A stretch of DNA of 64,000 bases from Nemertoderma westbladi. Taxonomy: Eukaryota; Animalia; Xenacoelomorpha. The stretch is taken from positions 1-64,000 of the forward strand of contig JAUCBJ010008996.1 in assembly GCA_032718475.1 (NCBI GenBank). Reading direction: 5' to 3'. The first letter of the stretch is position 1. Every line of letters starts with the position of its first letter. Of this stretch, positions 24,110-35,206 are shown piece after piece. The notes below the pieces were generated by a model. The model did no database searches. It had not been told where the DNA came from and saw only the letters and a list, made by a program, of their open reading frames with translations. Both the position numbers and the translations under genes were made by a program.

Positions 24110-24710
24110 GTAATTAATCTAAATAGTAATTAAGTAAATAGCATATTAAGTACCGCCCTACTGTATACAAATAATAATTTACGTCGGATTGCAAATAAAT
24201 CACAGTGTCGAAGCTATATAACTAAGAGGGATAATGAATACAGTATGATATGACTATGAGTAACTAAAATAAGCCGATTGTTTCTGGTCTAAGTGTAATT
24301 GTGCGGTTGCTATCTTTAAGAAATCTACTGCTTTAGGAGGATCGGAAAAGAATTGTGAGGCAGTGCAGTTAGGACGATTTTTTATGATAGTGCAGTCTTC
24401 TAGAATATGTTCCAGATCCTGGACACCACTGTTGCATGGGCAAATGCGTTGGTCCCGTGGGACGCGTGGCGATGTTTCACCGACCTGTCTCTATTCTCAA
24501 GTAGTGGCATCCCGTCCTATAACGTGTCAGCATGAAACGGTCATATTCAAGAATAGAGTTGTCATAGATCGTCTTTGGAAGGGCCAGCTGTGGATTTACA
24601 ACATAATATTGTGCCAGTTTGGGCGAGGAGATGGAATCAGCATTCATGATGCGTGCTTTTATTCTGTCGAGGGCTTTGGTTGTTTCATGCGATAATAAAT
24701 GATTCACATC
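24110..24710 (-). mobile_element. 5'-truncated non-LTR retrotransposon (LINE) ORF2 C-terminus and 3' UTR
   Basis: LTRYRTGCHYLRIETGR*, then after a frameshift PRVPRDQRICPCNSGVQDLEHILEDC, the C-terminal Cys/His motif typical of CR1/L2-group ORF2. Confidence 0.8.
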
Positions 24711-24717
24711 CCGGAAA

Positions 24718-26208
24718 GAGGCCGTTCACAAATCAGCTGACGCACCGAGGGGGGAGGGAGGGGTCAATGAGGGGTGTCATTAAAGTGTCGTCAGGGGGGG
24801 AGAGGGGTATAGCCAAGGTGTCAGCTGATTTTGTATAAAATGTGCTTTTCATACCTTTCTTTCCTTTTTGGTTCTTTTTTCTCAGTATAAACTCTGGTGT
24901 CAAATAAAGCAAGATGAGTTTGTCAGTATGCACCCAACATATTTTAGTAGTGCCATATGTCGGTACAGTACATAAGCAATATGTACCTTGTACCTAACAT
25001 TACAAAATTGTCGAGATGGACTGTAGTGAATAAAACTTTGAAAATAATTGACTTAAATTTATTAAAGTTGTTACAATTAAATTGTAACAACTAATAAATT
25101 TAAGGCAATTGAGTTTTAAGGGGGGGGGGTACACCATTTTCGGACAACTCTTCGATTTATCACTCTCAGCGTTTCAAAATTGTTTGGTTTTGGCTAGAAT
25201 TTGGAATATAAGTGCCTAAGATGCTATTCTAAATAACAGGTTAGAAAATTTTTATTTTTCGCTATTTAATATTAGTTAATACTAGTTAACAACAAAAAAA
25301 ACTTGGTTGCGCTTAATACCCTAAGGCTTTTTCAGTTTTGAATCTAATCACATGAAAGTTTTTTTATATGATAGATCAAAGATGGGGCAACATAACTATC
25401 AGGCGAAATTTTCTGAAAATAATTCTGCACCGCTAGGTGGCGCTGCAAATTTATGCCTAATTTTTAGGTTTGTTATAAATAGTATTAAATTTTATTAACA
25501 AATAATTTCGAAAAGTTGTCTGATACTTTTATGCAGGGTGGCTATGTAGACACCCACAGAAAGTTTCAGACTAATTGCTCAAAAATTGTAGAAGTAGTAG
25601 GGTTTTGAAGTTGACAATTTCATAAAAAAAATATTTTGAGATAATCGACCTTTCATTATATATAGTAATAGAAATTTCAATAGGAATCCCTAAATGGAAA
25701 TTGTTATAACTTAAAAATTAAAAGAGCTATTAAATAGCGGTTTTTAGATTTGGAAACACCATTCAATGGTGCATTATAATATATCATAAAAGAAATTTCG
25801 ACATATTTTTGACCAAAATGGTGTACCCCCCCCCCCCCCCCCCCCCCCCCTTAAGTGTAGGTACAAAACCTTTTTCTTGTATGTTTAACACTAGAAGACC
25901 CATGGTGTCAAAAATGACGAAATCCAAATGTAGCCTCCTGCTATTTTGTTATTTATTTAATTTGTTATATTATATTTGTGTTTAATCAAGTTTTATTATG
26001 AATTACTCAGACTTTCAAAAGAATCAAGAAGTAATTAATCCTGAGAAGTACTGCCTTACGACATTGTAATTCTTTTTATCGCATTATATTAAAGCTGACG
26101 CGTCAGCATAGGGGGGGAGGGTTCAAACCAAAGTGTCATCAAGGTGTCATACGAGGGGGGGAGGGGTCAAAAATGGCCTGAAAAAGTGTCAGCTGATTCG
26201 TGAACTGG
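24718..26208. mobile_element. PIF/Harbinger-like non-autonomous DNA element
   Basis: TIR GGCCGTTCACAAATCAGCTGAC vs GTCAGCTGATTCGTGAACTGG, with G-rich GGGGGGAGGGG subterminal blocks at both ends. The TSD is not recognisable. Confidence 0.6.
25120..25850. mobile_element. Kolobok-like MITE with TTAA TSD, nested in the Harbinger-like element
   Basis: TTAA (25116-25119) G(n)TACACCATTTT ... AAAATGGTGTAC(n) TTAA (25851-25854). A TTAA TSD with 5'-RR termini fits Kolobok rather than piggyBac. Confidence 0.75.
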
Positions 26209-27104
26209 TATGTTCAGTCAAGGTTTTACAAGTTTTCTTCCAAAATTTGTATTGTCTCAGCTTCATATCTACATCAAGTGGAAGATAACCCCCTTCAATT
26301 GGTCTCAGTGGTGGTTCTGATCGAGGTGACTTATTTATTGTAACTTGGCAGGGTTTTAACTTTTAAGGTAACAAAAACTAGGGTATAAGTGCACGTTCCT
26401 CGTTGTATTGGTAGGGAGTGAGTTGAAAAGGAGTGGTTATTACAATATGTCAAATGAATTCAATGAACATGTAAATAAACTGCTTGGAGGGAAATAATGT
26501 AAGATTATTTCCCGTAGCACGGAACTATACTGATTTGGAAAACCTCTGATCTATCACTAGACATACGAGAGGGTCCGTCTGGCAATAGATAGGGCATAAA
26601 ATATATTTTGGATAGGGCCGTTCTGTAACCGATGGTGAAATATCCGAATATACCTCACATTAGAATATTGGGATCTTAGGAAATAATTAGGGTTGGGTTA
26701 GCATACATTTCCTTAAAAATGCGGTTTTCGAAATTGGGGCAAGCTATAATTAACATGGGATAATTTTATAAGCAAAAACATATGCAGTACAGTTTGGAGC
26801 GGGGGGGGGGGGGGGGTCTTGACACAAATCCCATCTCAGCGAATTATTCTATCGACTCAATTTTTAATTATCAAAGACACAGGTTACAGTGGTACATTAT
26901 TCTAACCAAAACAGAAAATGTAAGTCAATAGAACAGGTTACAGTTTAATTTTTGAGTGTAATCAGCTGTTATTTGCGTCGAATTTCCCGGGAATAATTTT
27001 GATTTAATTTTGAATTTTAATTTTATTGCGTCGAAAGTTCCCCTATCTGTGTGTAAATAAATACCTCCACCGTTGAATATATTCAAGGTTCGATAACGAT
27101 AGAT

Positions 27105-30100
27105 TCAAGGTTCGATAACCCATGATTTAACTGAATGTTTGTCATATTTATCTTTGAATTGGGTTGCGAAATCATCGGAACACAACATTCGGATTCTCTC
27201 TGCAGTCGCTGGACTGTTCAGCACAAAGAGTTGATCCGGTTTACCAGAAGTTTTTATCATATTTGGTTTATCATCGCATCTGTAGGCCCGAATGGCGTTC
27301 TTTATGGCGAAGAAAACAGATGAACCGAGGAATAGAGGCGGTTCTCCAACAGCTTTGGAGGAATAAACGGCATTAGGATTCCGCGAACCCTGGAGTAGAT
27401 GGACGTTAAAATATCCTGGAATATCTGAAAATCCCGGAATTTTATAAACCCCAGGACCTCTGCTGTAATTGTATCCGGTTGGTGATACTCGTAATTGTTC
27501 CAATGTGTATAGACCCATTCCTTGAGTGAAAGCCCCCTCAATCTGACCGATGTCGATCGCTGGGTTCAAACTTCGGCCCAAATCCATAACTATATCGCTC
27601 CCAAGAACGCGATGGTCACCTGTCAGACAATCAATCTCTACCATGGAACAAGCAGCTCCATACGTAAAATAACTGAATTTGAATTCATCCATGTGGTCAG
27701 AAATTGGTAATTTATAAAATCCTGTAGCAGATAGGTGGATTCGTGACATATAAGCCTTTAAAATCCAAGAATTCCACGAATCATTGGGGTTGTCTTTGAT
27801 TATCGGAGTTAAACTTTCAGCTAGCTTTTCGCAGGCATTCTTTACTGCAGCCCCATATAAATCCGAGCTCATACTAGCAGCAGTAGGACTAGCATTTGGC
27901 ACCAAATTAGAGGAAGTTTCGCTCAAGAAAACGCGATTAGGGTCGCATTTTAGTGCTTTGGATGCGATTTGGACCATTTTTGTATGTAAACCCTGGCCCA
28001 TTTCTACCCCTCCATGTGTTATAAGTACAGATCCGTCTTTGTAGATGTGTACCAAAGCACCACCTTGGTTTAAATGAGGAACCTCAAAGGCAATTGAGTA
28101 TTTCACTGGAACAATTGAAATACCTTGCTTCTTCCATACATTGGCAATATTGAAATTTTTAATAGCTTCCATTTTCTCGTTCAAATGAGATTTTTCAATA
28201 CACTGTGACCAACACCTTCGAAGATTTGAGGCATCATCAACTTTCTGCCCTAAGGGAGTTATGTCGCCATTGTTGTACATGTTTATTTCATGAACAACAG
28301 TTTCAGGTTTGTCAAGATATGTAGAAACATCTGTCAGTATATTCACTACAGCCCATGCAGTTTGAGGAAAACCAAATCCGCGAAATGCCGTGTTTGATGG
28401 TAGGTTTGTTTTACATACCTTGCCTTGAATACGGAAACTTTGTATGTTGTAACTGCCATCCCCCTTTAAACAAGCCATGTTGCACACAGCGCTGGAAAGA
28501 TCCATGGAACTTCCACCATTATTGAATAACTGTAAGTCAAGCGCATTTACTTTACAATTTGAATTAAACCCAACCTTATATTTGAAAAGGAATGGATGTC
28601 TTCCACCAGTCATACTCATATCCTCCTCTCGATCCATGCTGTACCTCACTGGCCTACCAGTTATGTGTGCCGCCACAGCTGTTGTTGTTGTTGCCATGTG
28701 CATTCTTGTTTCTTTTCCCCCAAATCCTCCCCCAAGACGTTTTACACGGGCGACAACTCGGTTGTAATCAATTCCCAAAGCTTCAGCGGCTAAGCACTGG
28801 ACAGCTTCCGGGGCTTGGCAGGAACAAAAAATCTCAATTTCATTTTTCTCTGGTTTGGGTACAGACAAAGCGCCATGTGTCTCTAAATAGAAGTGTTCCT
28901 GTCCACCAACACGGTAGCTGCCTTCTAATCTATGCTCGCTTGTAGCAAAATCAGTATCAAAATCGCCCTTTTCTAAATTGATTACAGGTCCCATAAAGGA
29001 ATTATTGGCAATGGCTTCCTCGATGGTTAAAATAGTAGGCAGTTCTTCGTACTTAATTTTTACCAATTTTACTGCTTGCCTTGCTATAGACTCATCTTCA
29101 GCAACAATTGCACCAATTACTTGTCCTATATTGTGAACTTCATCAACTGCAAATACTTCTTCATCTCTTACCTCAACTGTCTGCACTTTGTTATTCCCTG
29201 GAATGTCTTTGTGGTCTAAATAGTGGTGAACACCCTCTAAAGCCAGAGCCTTAGATGCATCGACAGAGATAATTCGTGCGTGAGCTTTACTGCTGGTTAC
29301 CAATGCCAAGTACAACTCATTGTATACTTTGGGCATATCATTGAAATATATGGCTTCCCCTGTTGTATGTTCTTCCCCAGATAAATGCATTACTGGTCTC
29401 CCCACAACATCCCATTTGTTCTGGTTAGAATCTACTTCCTCATATGTCTGTAGGGCTGAAGGATTGAATTGTGTATGAGGTGGAGTAAGATACTCCTTGG
29501 TGTGATCTTTGGTTTCTGAAGAGGAAGTTACTGCATCAGGAAGTTTTATAAAACCATTCTGTTTTAGATAAAGAGATTCAGAAACATGTAAAAAGAATTT
29601 AAAGAATAGACTTGTTGTCAGTGTCTGTCGGAATGCAACCATAGCCCCAGGTGCATCCATGCTTAGTGGTAAATCTTCAGCTAATGTGTTGCATGCTGTC
29701 TGGATTAAAGCTTCATTCCATATCTTGCCCTTTAGAGTTTCCATTGTTTTGGAAGCCATAACAGTAGTGGGAGCCATTCCACCATATGCAAGTCGTATAT
29801 CACGAACTACATTTTGGCTTCGATCCATTAATACCCACATACCAGCATTAACTATAGCAATATCATCTTCTTTGCGTTTGGATTGTTTGAAACCCATAAA
29901 GAATTCATCGTTTTCAGTGCAAGGAATATTGACACTAAGAAGAATTTCGGTTGGGGTGAGGATGGTCTTTCGATATGCTGGATAAAACTTTCCATCCATA
30001 TTAACTGTGCGAATCTGTTTGGTTGTAGAATCGATGATTTCTACTCTTGATTTTGTTGCCAAAAATAGAGGATTTAGATCAGAGATGGGACTGGCCGTCA

Positions 30101-31160
30101 TAATATTACCACCAACAGATGACATGTTACGGACTTGTGAACCGGCGAACCAGTGCAGCATTTCCCTAAAAGCCTTGAAAGATCGACATTTTGATTCTTC
30201 ATAAGAATCAATAGCCGATGTAAGAATCTCATTTAATTGGGTCAGTGTTATATTAGCACCAAACTGAATCCCACTAGATGTTATTTTGACTGCATTTAGT
30301 TCAGTGACATTAACAGGGTTTACAAGAACCGGATACTCAAATCCTTTAAACTTCACTTCTACACCAACCTCGGTATTTCCTGTAATTATCTTGCAACTTG
30401 GAAATTCTTTTTTTATAAGAAGCAAATCATCTAAATTTGAAGGAATATACCAGGTTGAGCGATTTCCTTGAAATTTCACTAACTCGGCTGTACTCGAAGC
30501 AGCTAAAACCAGAGCAGGTGGAAAGATCACATCTTGTGTTTCCTTATTCCCATCAGCTTTCTTATACAACTGCAGCTTATCATCAGCCACTAATGGTATT
30601 TTTTTGACTTTGCAGCAATCAGCACCCATTGGGCACTTGTTAGCGCCCTCTGGAGTGAAGGTATGGTATGCTTCCAATATAGGTCTATAGCCAGTACAGC
30701 GACACAGGTTACCCTGCATGGCGCTCTCAATATCATCCATACTCGGGGTACTCTTGTTCCTAAGCAATGTGTACATCGACATGATAATACCAGGGGTACA
30801 GAAACCACACTGAGATCCGTGGTATTTAGCTAGTCGCTCCTGCACTGGATGTAAACCATTTCTAACACTACCGACACCCTCTACCGTGGTAACATGACAC
30901 TGGTGTACGTAACATAGCGGCAACAAACATGATACTGCAGTGAAGTGAACGACTTTCTTTAGTTTATTGTTGTATCGAGATATCATTACCGTACAGGCAC
31001 CACATCCTCCTTCACCACAGCCCAACTTTGTTCCGGTTAATCCCAGGGAATTCCGTAGATAGTAGATCAACGTTGTCTCCGGTTGTGGTTGAGGTTCGCG
31101 AACTTCTACTCCATTCACATAGAAAACTAACTCGCTTTTCATTCTTGCTGATGTTGCCAT
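27105..31160 (-). CDS. XDH: Xanthine dehydrogenase/oxidoreductase-family molybdo-flavoenzyme, copy B (1351 aa from the ATG at 31160, single coding exon)
   Basis: Same domain motifs as copy A and the same 4056-bp length when started at the first ATG (MATSARMKSEL). The ORF-track start at 31181 is a GTG. Confidence 0.96.
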   Translation of the reverse strand: MATSARMKSELVFYVNGVEVREPQPQPETTLIYYLRNSLGLTGTKLGCGEGGCGACTVMISRYNNKLKKVVHFTAVSCLLPLCYVHQCHVTTVEGVGSVRNGLHPVQERLAKYHGSQCGFCTPGIIMSMYTLLRNKSTPSMDDIESAMQGNLCRCTGYRPILEAYHTFTPEGANKCPMGADCCKVKKIPLVADDKLQLYKKADGNKETQDVIFPPALVLAASSTAELVKFQGNRSTWYIPSNLDDLLLIKKEFPSCKIITGNTEVGVEVKFKGFEYPVLVNPVNVTELNAVKITSSGIQFGANITLTQLNEILTSAIDSYEESKCRSFKAFREMLHWFAGSQVRNMSSVGGNIMTASPISDLNPLFLATKSRVEIIDSTTKQIRTVNMDGKFYPAYRKTILTPTEILLSVNIPCTENDEFFMGFKQSKRKEDDIAIVNAGMWVLMDRSQNVVRDIRLAYGGMAPTTVMASKTMETLKGKIWNEALIQTACNTLAEDLPLSMDAPGAMVAFRQTLTTSLFFKFFLHVSESLYLKQNGFIKLPDAVTSSSETKDHTKEYLTPPHTQFNPSALQTYEEVDSNQNKWDVVGRPVMHLSGEEHTTGEAIYFNDMPKVYNELYLALVTSSKAHARIISVDASKALALEGVHHYLDHKDIPGNNKVQTVEVRDEEVFAVDEVHNIGQVIGAIVAEDESIARQAVKLVKIKYEELPTILTIEEAIANNSFMGPVINLEKGDFDTDFATSEHRLEGSYRVGGQEHFYLETHGALSVPKPEKNEIEIFCSCQAPEAVQCLAAEALGIDYNRVVARVKRLGGGFGGKETRMHMATTTTAVAAHITGRPVRYSMDREEDMSMTGGRHPFLFKYKVGFNSNCKVNALDLQLFNNGGSSMDLSSAVCNMACLKGDGSYNIQSFRIQGKVCKTNLPSNTAFRGFGFPQTAWAVVNILTDVSTYLDKPETVVHEINMYNNGDITPLGQKVDDASNLRRCWSQCIEKSHLNEKMEAIKNFNIANVWKKQGISIVPVKYSIAFEVPHLNQGGALVHIYKDGSVLITHGGVEMGQGLHTKMVQIASKALKCDPNRVFLSETSSNLVPNASPTAASMSSDLYGAAVKNACEKLAESLTPIIKDNPNDSWNSWILKAYMSRIHLSATGFYKLPISDHMDEFKFSYFTYGAACSMVEIDCLTGDHRVLGSDIVMDLGRSLNPAIDIGQIEGAFTQGMGLYTLEQLRVSPTGYNYSRGPGVYKIPGFSDIPGYFNVHLLQGSRNPNAVYSSKAVGEPPLFLGSSVFFAIKNAIRAYRCDDKPNMIKTSGKPDQLFVLNSPATAERIRMLCSDDFATQFKDKYDKHSVKSWVIEP

Positions 31161-31857
31161 ATATTTTTTATTACACAGCACAATAATTTAGTGATATGTA
31201 AGGAAAATAATTAAATCTAAATTATATATTGAAAAACAAATTGTGATACAAATTGAAATACAAATTATAATATTCAATTAATAGTGCCTTGTAGTTCAGT
31301 CAACAAAGTATAGAAGTACAAAGTGCAACCTCTGTTTCAAACTGACAGGCGACATCTACTGTATAGGTATTGCAGATAGTACAACAATACTATAGACGCA
31401 CGTCGCACATGCACTATTACAAATATTTATTACAAAATATTAGTTATAATTTTATTTAAGGCATCAACAATGGTAATTAATTTCATTATACTGTGATTTA
31501 TATGTAAAATAATACATGAATCAATTACAATTTTTATTGAGCACCGCTTAGCAAATTGGGCAATAACGTCCACGTAGGATCGTACTGGTGACCTCCAGAT
31601 GGAGGCCTGACCATTCCGCTAGCGGCTCAGTTAAAATGTAGACCGGGAAATATTACCTGATATCTTGTATGACCACAACTTGTGTCCTTATGACCTACCA
31701 TCTCTCAATACCAATCATATGCTGCCACAGTGCTGTGCTCAACCCTAATGTACTCTACTTAGCAGTGCAGACGTTATAAAATATAAAATAAATCAATGTC
31801 AGAATAGAACAAACATATAAAGGGGATTTAACTAAAAGTAGAGAATCACACAAATTA

Positions 31858-32012
31858 TGTGACACAGTATTGTGACACAGTATTGGGACACAGTATTGAG
31901 ACACAGTATTGTGACACAGTATTGTGACACAGTATTGTGACACAGTATTGTGACACATTATTGTGATACAGTATTGTGACACAGTATTGTGATACAGTAT
32001 TGTGACACAGTA
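31858..32012. repeat. 13-bp minisatellite, about 12 copies, upstream of XDH-B
   Basis: Unit TGTGACACAGTAT. Confidence 0.95.
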
Positions 32013-33527
32013 TAATAATTAGTATTATTAACAATAGGCTACAAGGAACTGTTCGAATACTGAAAGTTATTACTTATCCCAGTTAGTAACATTTAGATAA
32101 TCGCACCTCACAATTAAACCAAATGAAATATTATACTGTAATAATGAAATAAGTAGGCCTACATACAATGCCAAAGAATAAGTTGTTGAAGGGAATGGGA
32201 GTTAGGGTGTTGCGATATAATGGGTAGGATTTTTTTCAAATTTATTTTAACCCGTTGCACCCTTCCATTACCTTCGACACCAAACAACAAATATTTCAAA
32301 CGCATTTCTGTGTACAATATGAAAATTGTATACATTAGTTGTTGAACTCATCGTATGACATGAAACTAAGTGGGCAACGCTACGCAGTATGGTGGTTTTT
32401 TGCTAATTATGAAACTGAAACTTCAGAAATAATATAAATTAAATAGAAATGAAGATTCTAAAAACTACATGATAACCGCAAAATTAACTCTACCCAGAAT
32501 TTAATCCCAAATATGAATCAATCAATTAATCAGTAATTTCAATCAATTTTATCAATATCTATAAATTTCAAAATCTTTCAAGTTTGATATGGCAGGATTG
32601 ATGTTTAAGTGTGCATCGGGCAATGTGCAGTGGGCTATGGGCAGCGGGGTTTTTTGGTTGGGAAAGGGGTTATTGCTACATACATTTCAGTACAAATCTT
32701 TCGACCTACAAAGTCTACAAAGCTAATACTAAAAAGTACAGTCCACAAAACCTGATTGTATATAAATAAAATATAATTAATTGAAAACACTGACTTTGGA
32801 AACCTTGGTTGCAAACGTAAAGTCAGATAAGCATTAAAAATGTAATTGGCAGCAGCATAAATCTGTGATTGGCATTTACATGTTTACTAGAACGCCATCA
32901 AGATGGCTTTAAAACGAACCTGTCTTACACAGACTCCAAGAAACAGATGGGATTGGAAGATGAAATCAACCAAACAAATTGCCATGTCACCCGTCTAATG
33001 CGATACTCAGTCGTATAAGCAGACAAATCACAATTATTAGTGTGATGTGTGGAATGTTATCCCTATCCACAACTAGGGAAACGGCCCCACAAAGCAGTTT
33101 AATCTGCGAAAGTGTCTTTATTAGATAAATAAAGTAAAGAACACAAATTATTTATAAGTAATACATTCTCAGTTAGCCTCATAAAAAACATCGGAAGCAA
33201 CCAATATAATGTACGTGTACAAGCCTCTTATGAAAATTGGTGAAATGTATTGAATTGTATGTAATGAAAATTGGTGAACGGCACGGAGTCTAACCAACCA
33301 ACAGCTGTTTGGTACCCGGCTGGCACTCTGGTTCAGTTTTCTGGTTTGTTAGTTTAATTAATCGACAGCTGTTGTAAACGTCCCAGATTAGAAAACATAT
33401 TAAGCCTTTACATTATAATTTAGCTAGGCCTGAGTTGATGACAGTATTATAACGATGACAATAGGCCCTATAGATACGATATATAAATGATGTTCTGCTT
33501 GACATTACACTTATTATTATACACTAA

Positions 33528-34322
33528 TACACCATGACCCGTAATATAGTGTCATTTTCTGATGACACGGACCCCCCCCCCCCCCAAATTTTTCTACAAA
33601 TCCTTATCATATTGCTTGAACTTTCAAACACAACTAGTTCAACTCACCGTGGTTGTTACCACGAAGCCGGAATTTTCGATTTTGCCTTTAAATTTTATTT
33701 ATAAGCGTTTTAAAAAAGTGTCTTTTGCGAAAACGCACCCTCAGTATCGTGACCATTCTTCGCATTAGTCGTAACTTTTTCATATCATTAAAAAGCTCGC
33801 GTTGCAAGGATTCCAAATATGAAACAATATCTGAATTTCGTTGAGAAACAACTGAGATATTGGCGTTCAAAGATCGCAAGAATTATTGTTCGCTGAAGGC
33901 CATTTATTAAATTTAATAAATACACAATATTCTAGAACGTGTTATTTATTTTATGAGTTGGTTGGCAACAGCCAATAAATCTATTGCGTAGCTATTCAGA
34001 CTTAAACAAAATGTTCCAGAACATTGTGTATTTATTAAATGGAATAAATGGCCTTCAGCGAACGATAATTCTTGCAATATTTGAACGCCAATATCTCAGT
34101 TGTTTCTCAACGTAATTCAGATATTGTTACATATTTGGAATCCTTGCAACGCAAGCTTTTTAATGATATGAATTACGACTAATGTGAAGAATGGCTACGA
34201 TACAGAGGGTGCGATTTCGCAAAAGACACTTTTTTAAAACGCTTATAAATAAAATTTGAAGGCGAAATCGAAAATTCCGGCTTCATGGGGTCATCGACGG
34301 TGAGTTGAACTAGTGGTGTTTC
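33528..34322. mobile_element. Long-palindrome MITE related to 16485-17380, right terminus truncated
   Basis: Starts TACACCATGACCCGTAATATAGTGTC plus poly-C, like 16485. Inverted arms span about 33630-33950 and 34005-34315; the outer ~100 bp of the right arm is missing. Confidence 0.8.
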
Positions 34323-34616
34323 AACATACACACCAATACCCAGCCATGAATGCGTTGTCTACTGTTAGTAACAGAAAAGCACAACTACTGCAAAACAAGT
34401 ATAATAATTGAGCATTTTGAACACCAAATTTCTATACATTTAATGAACCACTTTAAACACCAAAGTTCTTTATAGTGATAGTGAAGCATTATGACAACAA
34501 AAATCATATGTACTGTAACAGGTGTAGCGATGTAACTGATCTGCACAAAGAAACAAAATAAACCGGTCACCAAGTTATCTATCACCATGAGCTCATGACC
34601 AACAGAATATATACAA

Positions 34617-35019
34617 TTAGACGTAGCAGACTATGTCACTAACAGTCTCACTGTAGATAACCTCATTGGACGAACCGGTATCCCCAACCTGAACTTTCGT
34701 GATGGGCAGCAACTTCTTATCTTCAACAACAACGGTCTCGAGGCATTCAGGAGCGCTCTGATTGCACTTTGTATTGGTCCCGACATTGAATGGATGCTGG
34801 CTACCATCACGATCGACAAAACACAGATCGGGGCTGTAGATGTATTGGGTTGAGTTGAGGTGGTAACAGTTTGGATGCAGCGGTCTGCTTCGTCTATCAG
34901 CCGACGCACTTCCGCATCGCCCTGCTCGTAACTCACTTTGATATCATAACCGCACTTGGCTTCGGGTCCACTTGGTCCAACCTTCTCACTTACAAATGTC
35001 GCAGGAATAGTAAATTTCC
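34617..35019 (-). pseudogene. Terminal exon encoding a CNTNAP/neurexin-IV-type fibrinogen-related (COLFI-like) domain, with one -1 frameshift near 34860
   Basis: Acceptor TTTTATTCCTAAAG ends at 35020. Translation: GKFTIPATFVSEKVGPSGPEAKCGYDIKVSYEQGDAEVRRLIDEADRCIQTVT / HLNSTQYIYSPDLCFVDRDGSQHPFNVGTNTKCNQSAPECLETVVVEDKKLLPITKVQVGDTGSSNEVIYSETVSDIVCYV*. The LP(V/I)T...GDTG...E....C and Y...LI....C.Q patterns match CNTNAP-family domains. Confidence 0.6.
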
Positions 35020-35206
35020 CTTTAGGAATAAAATAATCACAACAGAATAATCAAAACATAAAAACAAATATAATTTCACTATGAAATTATGTGGCCAGTA
35101 TACAATCATTGTTGAGCAGTTGTTCAAAATTAGCTTCGAGAACTCCAGGTATTCAGAAATTGAATCACCCTCGTTCTTAACAGTTGTACGGTGCGAAAAA
35201 ACTAAC

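Noticed and set aside
27105-31160. XDH-B as a false haplotype duplication in the assembly
   Set aside because: The flanks are unrelated and the central region is far too divergent for alleles.
31161-31181. N-terminal extension MLCNKKY of XDH-B
   Set aside because: It starts at a GTG; the ATG at 31160 gives exactly the same length as copy A.
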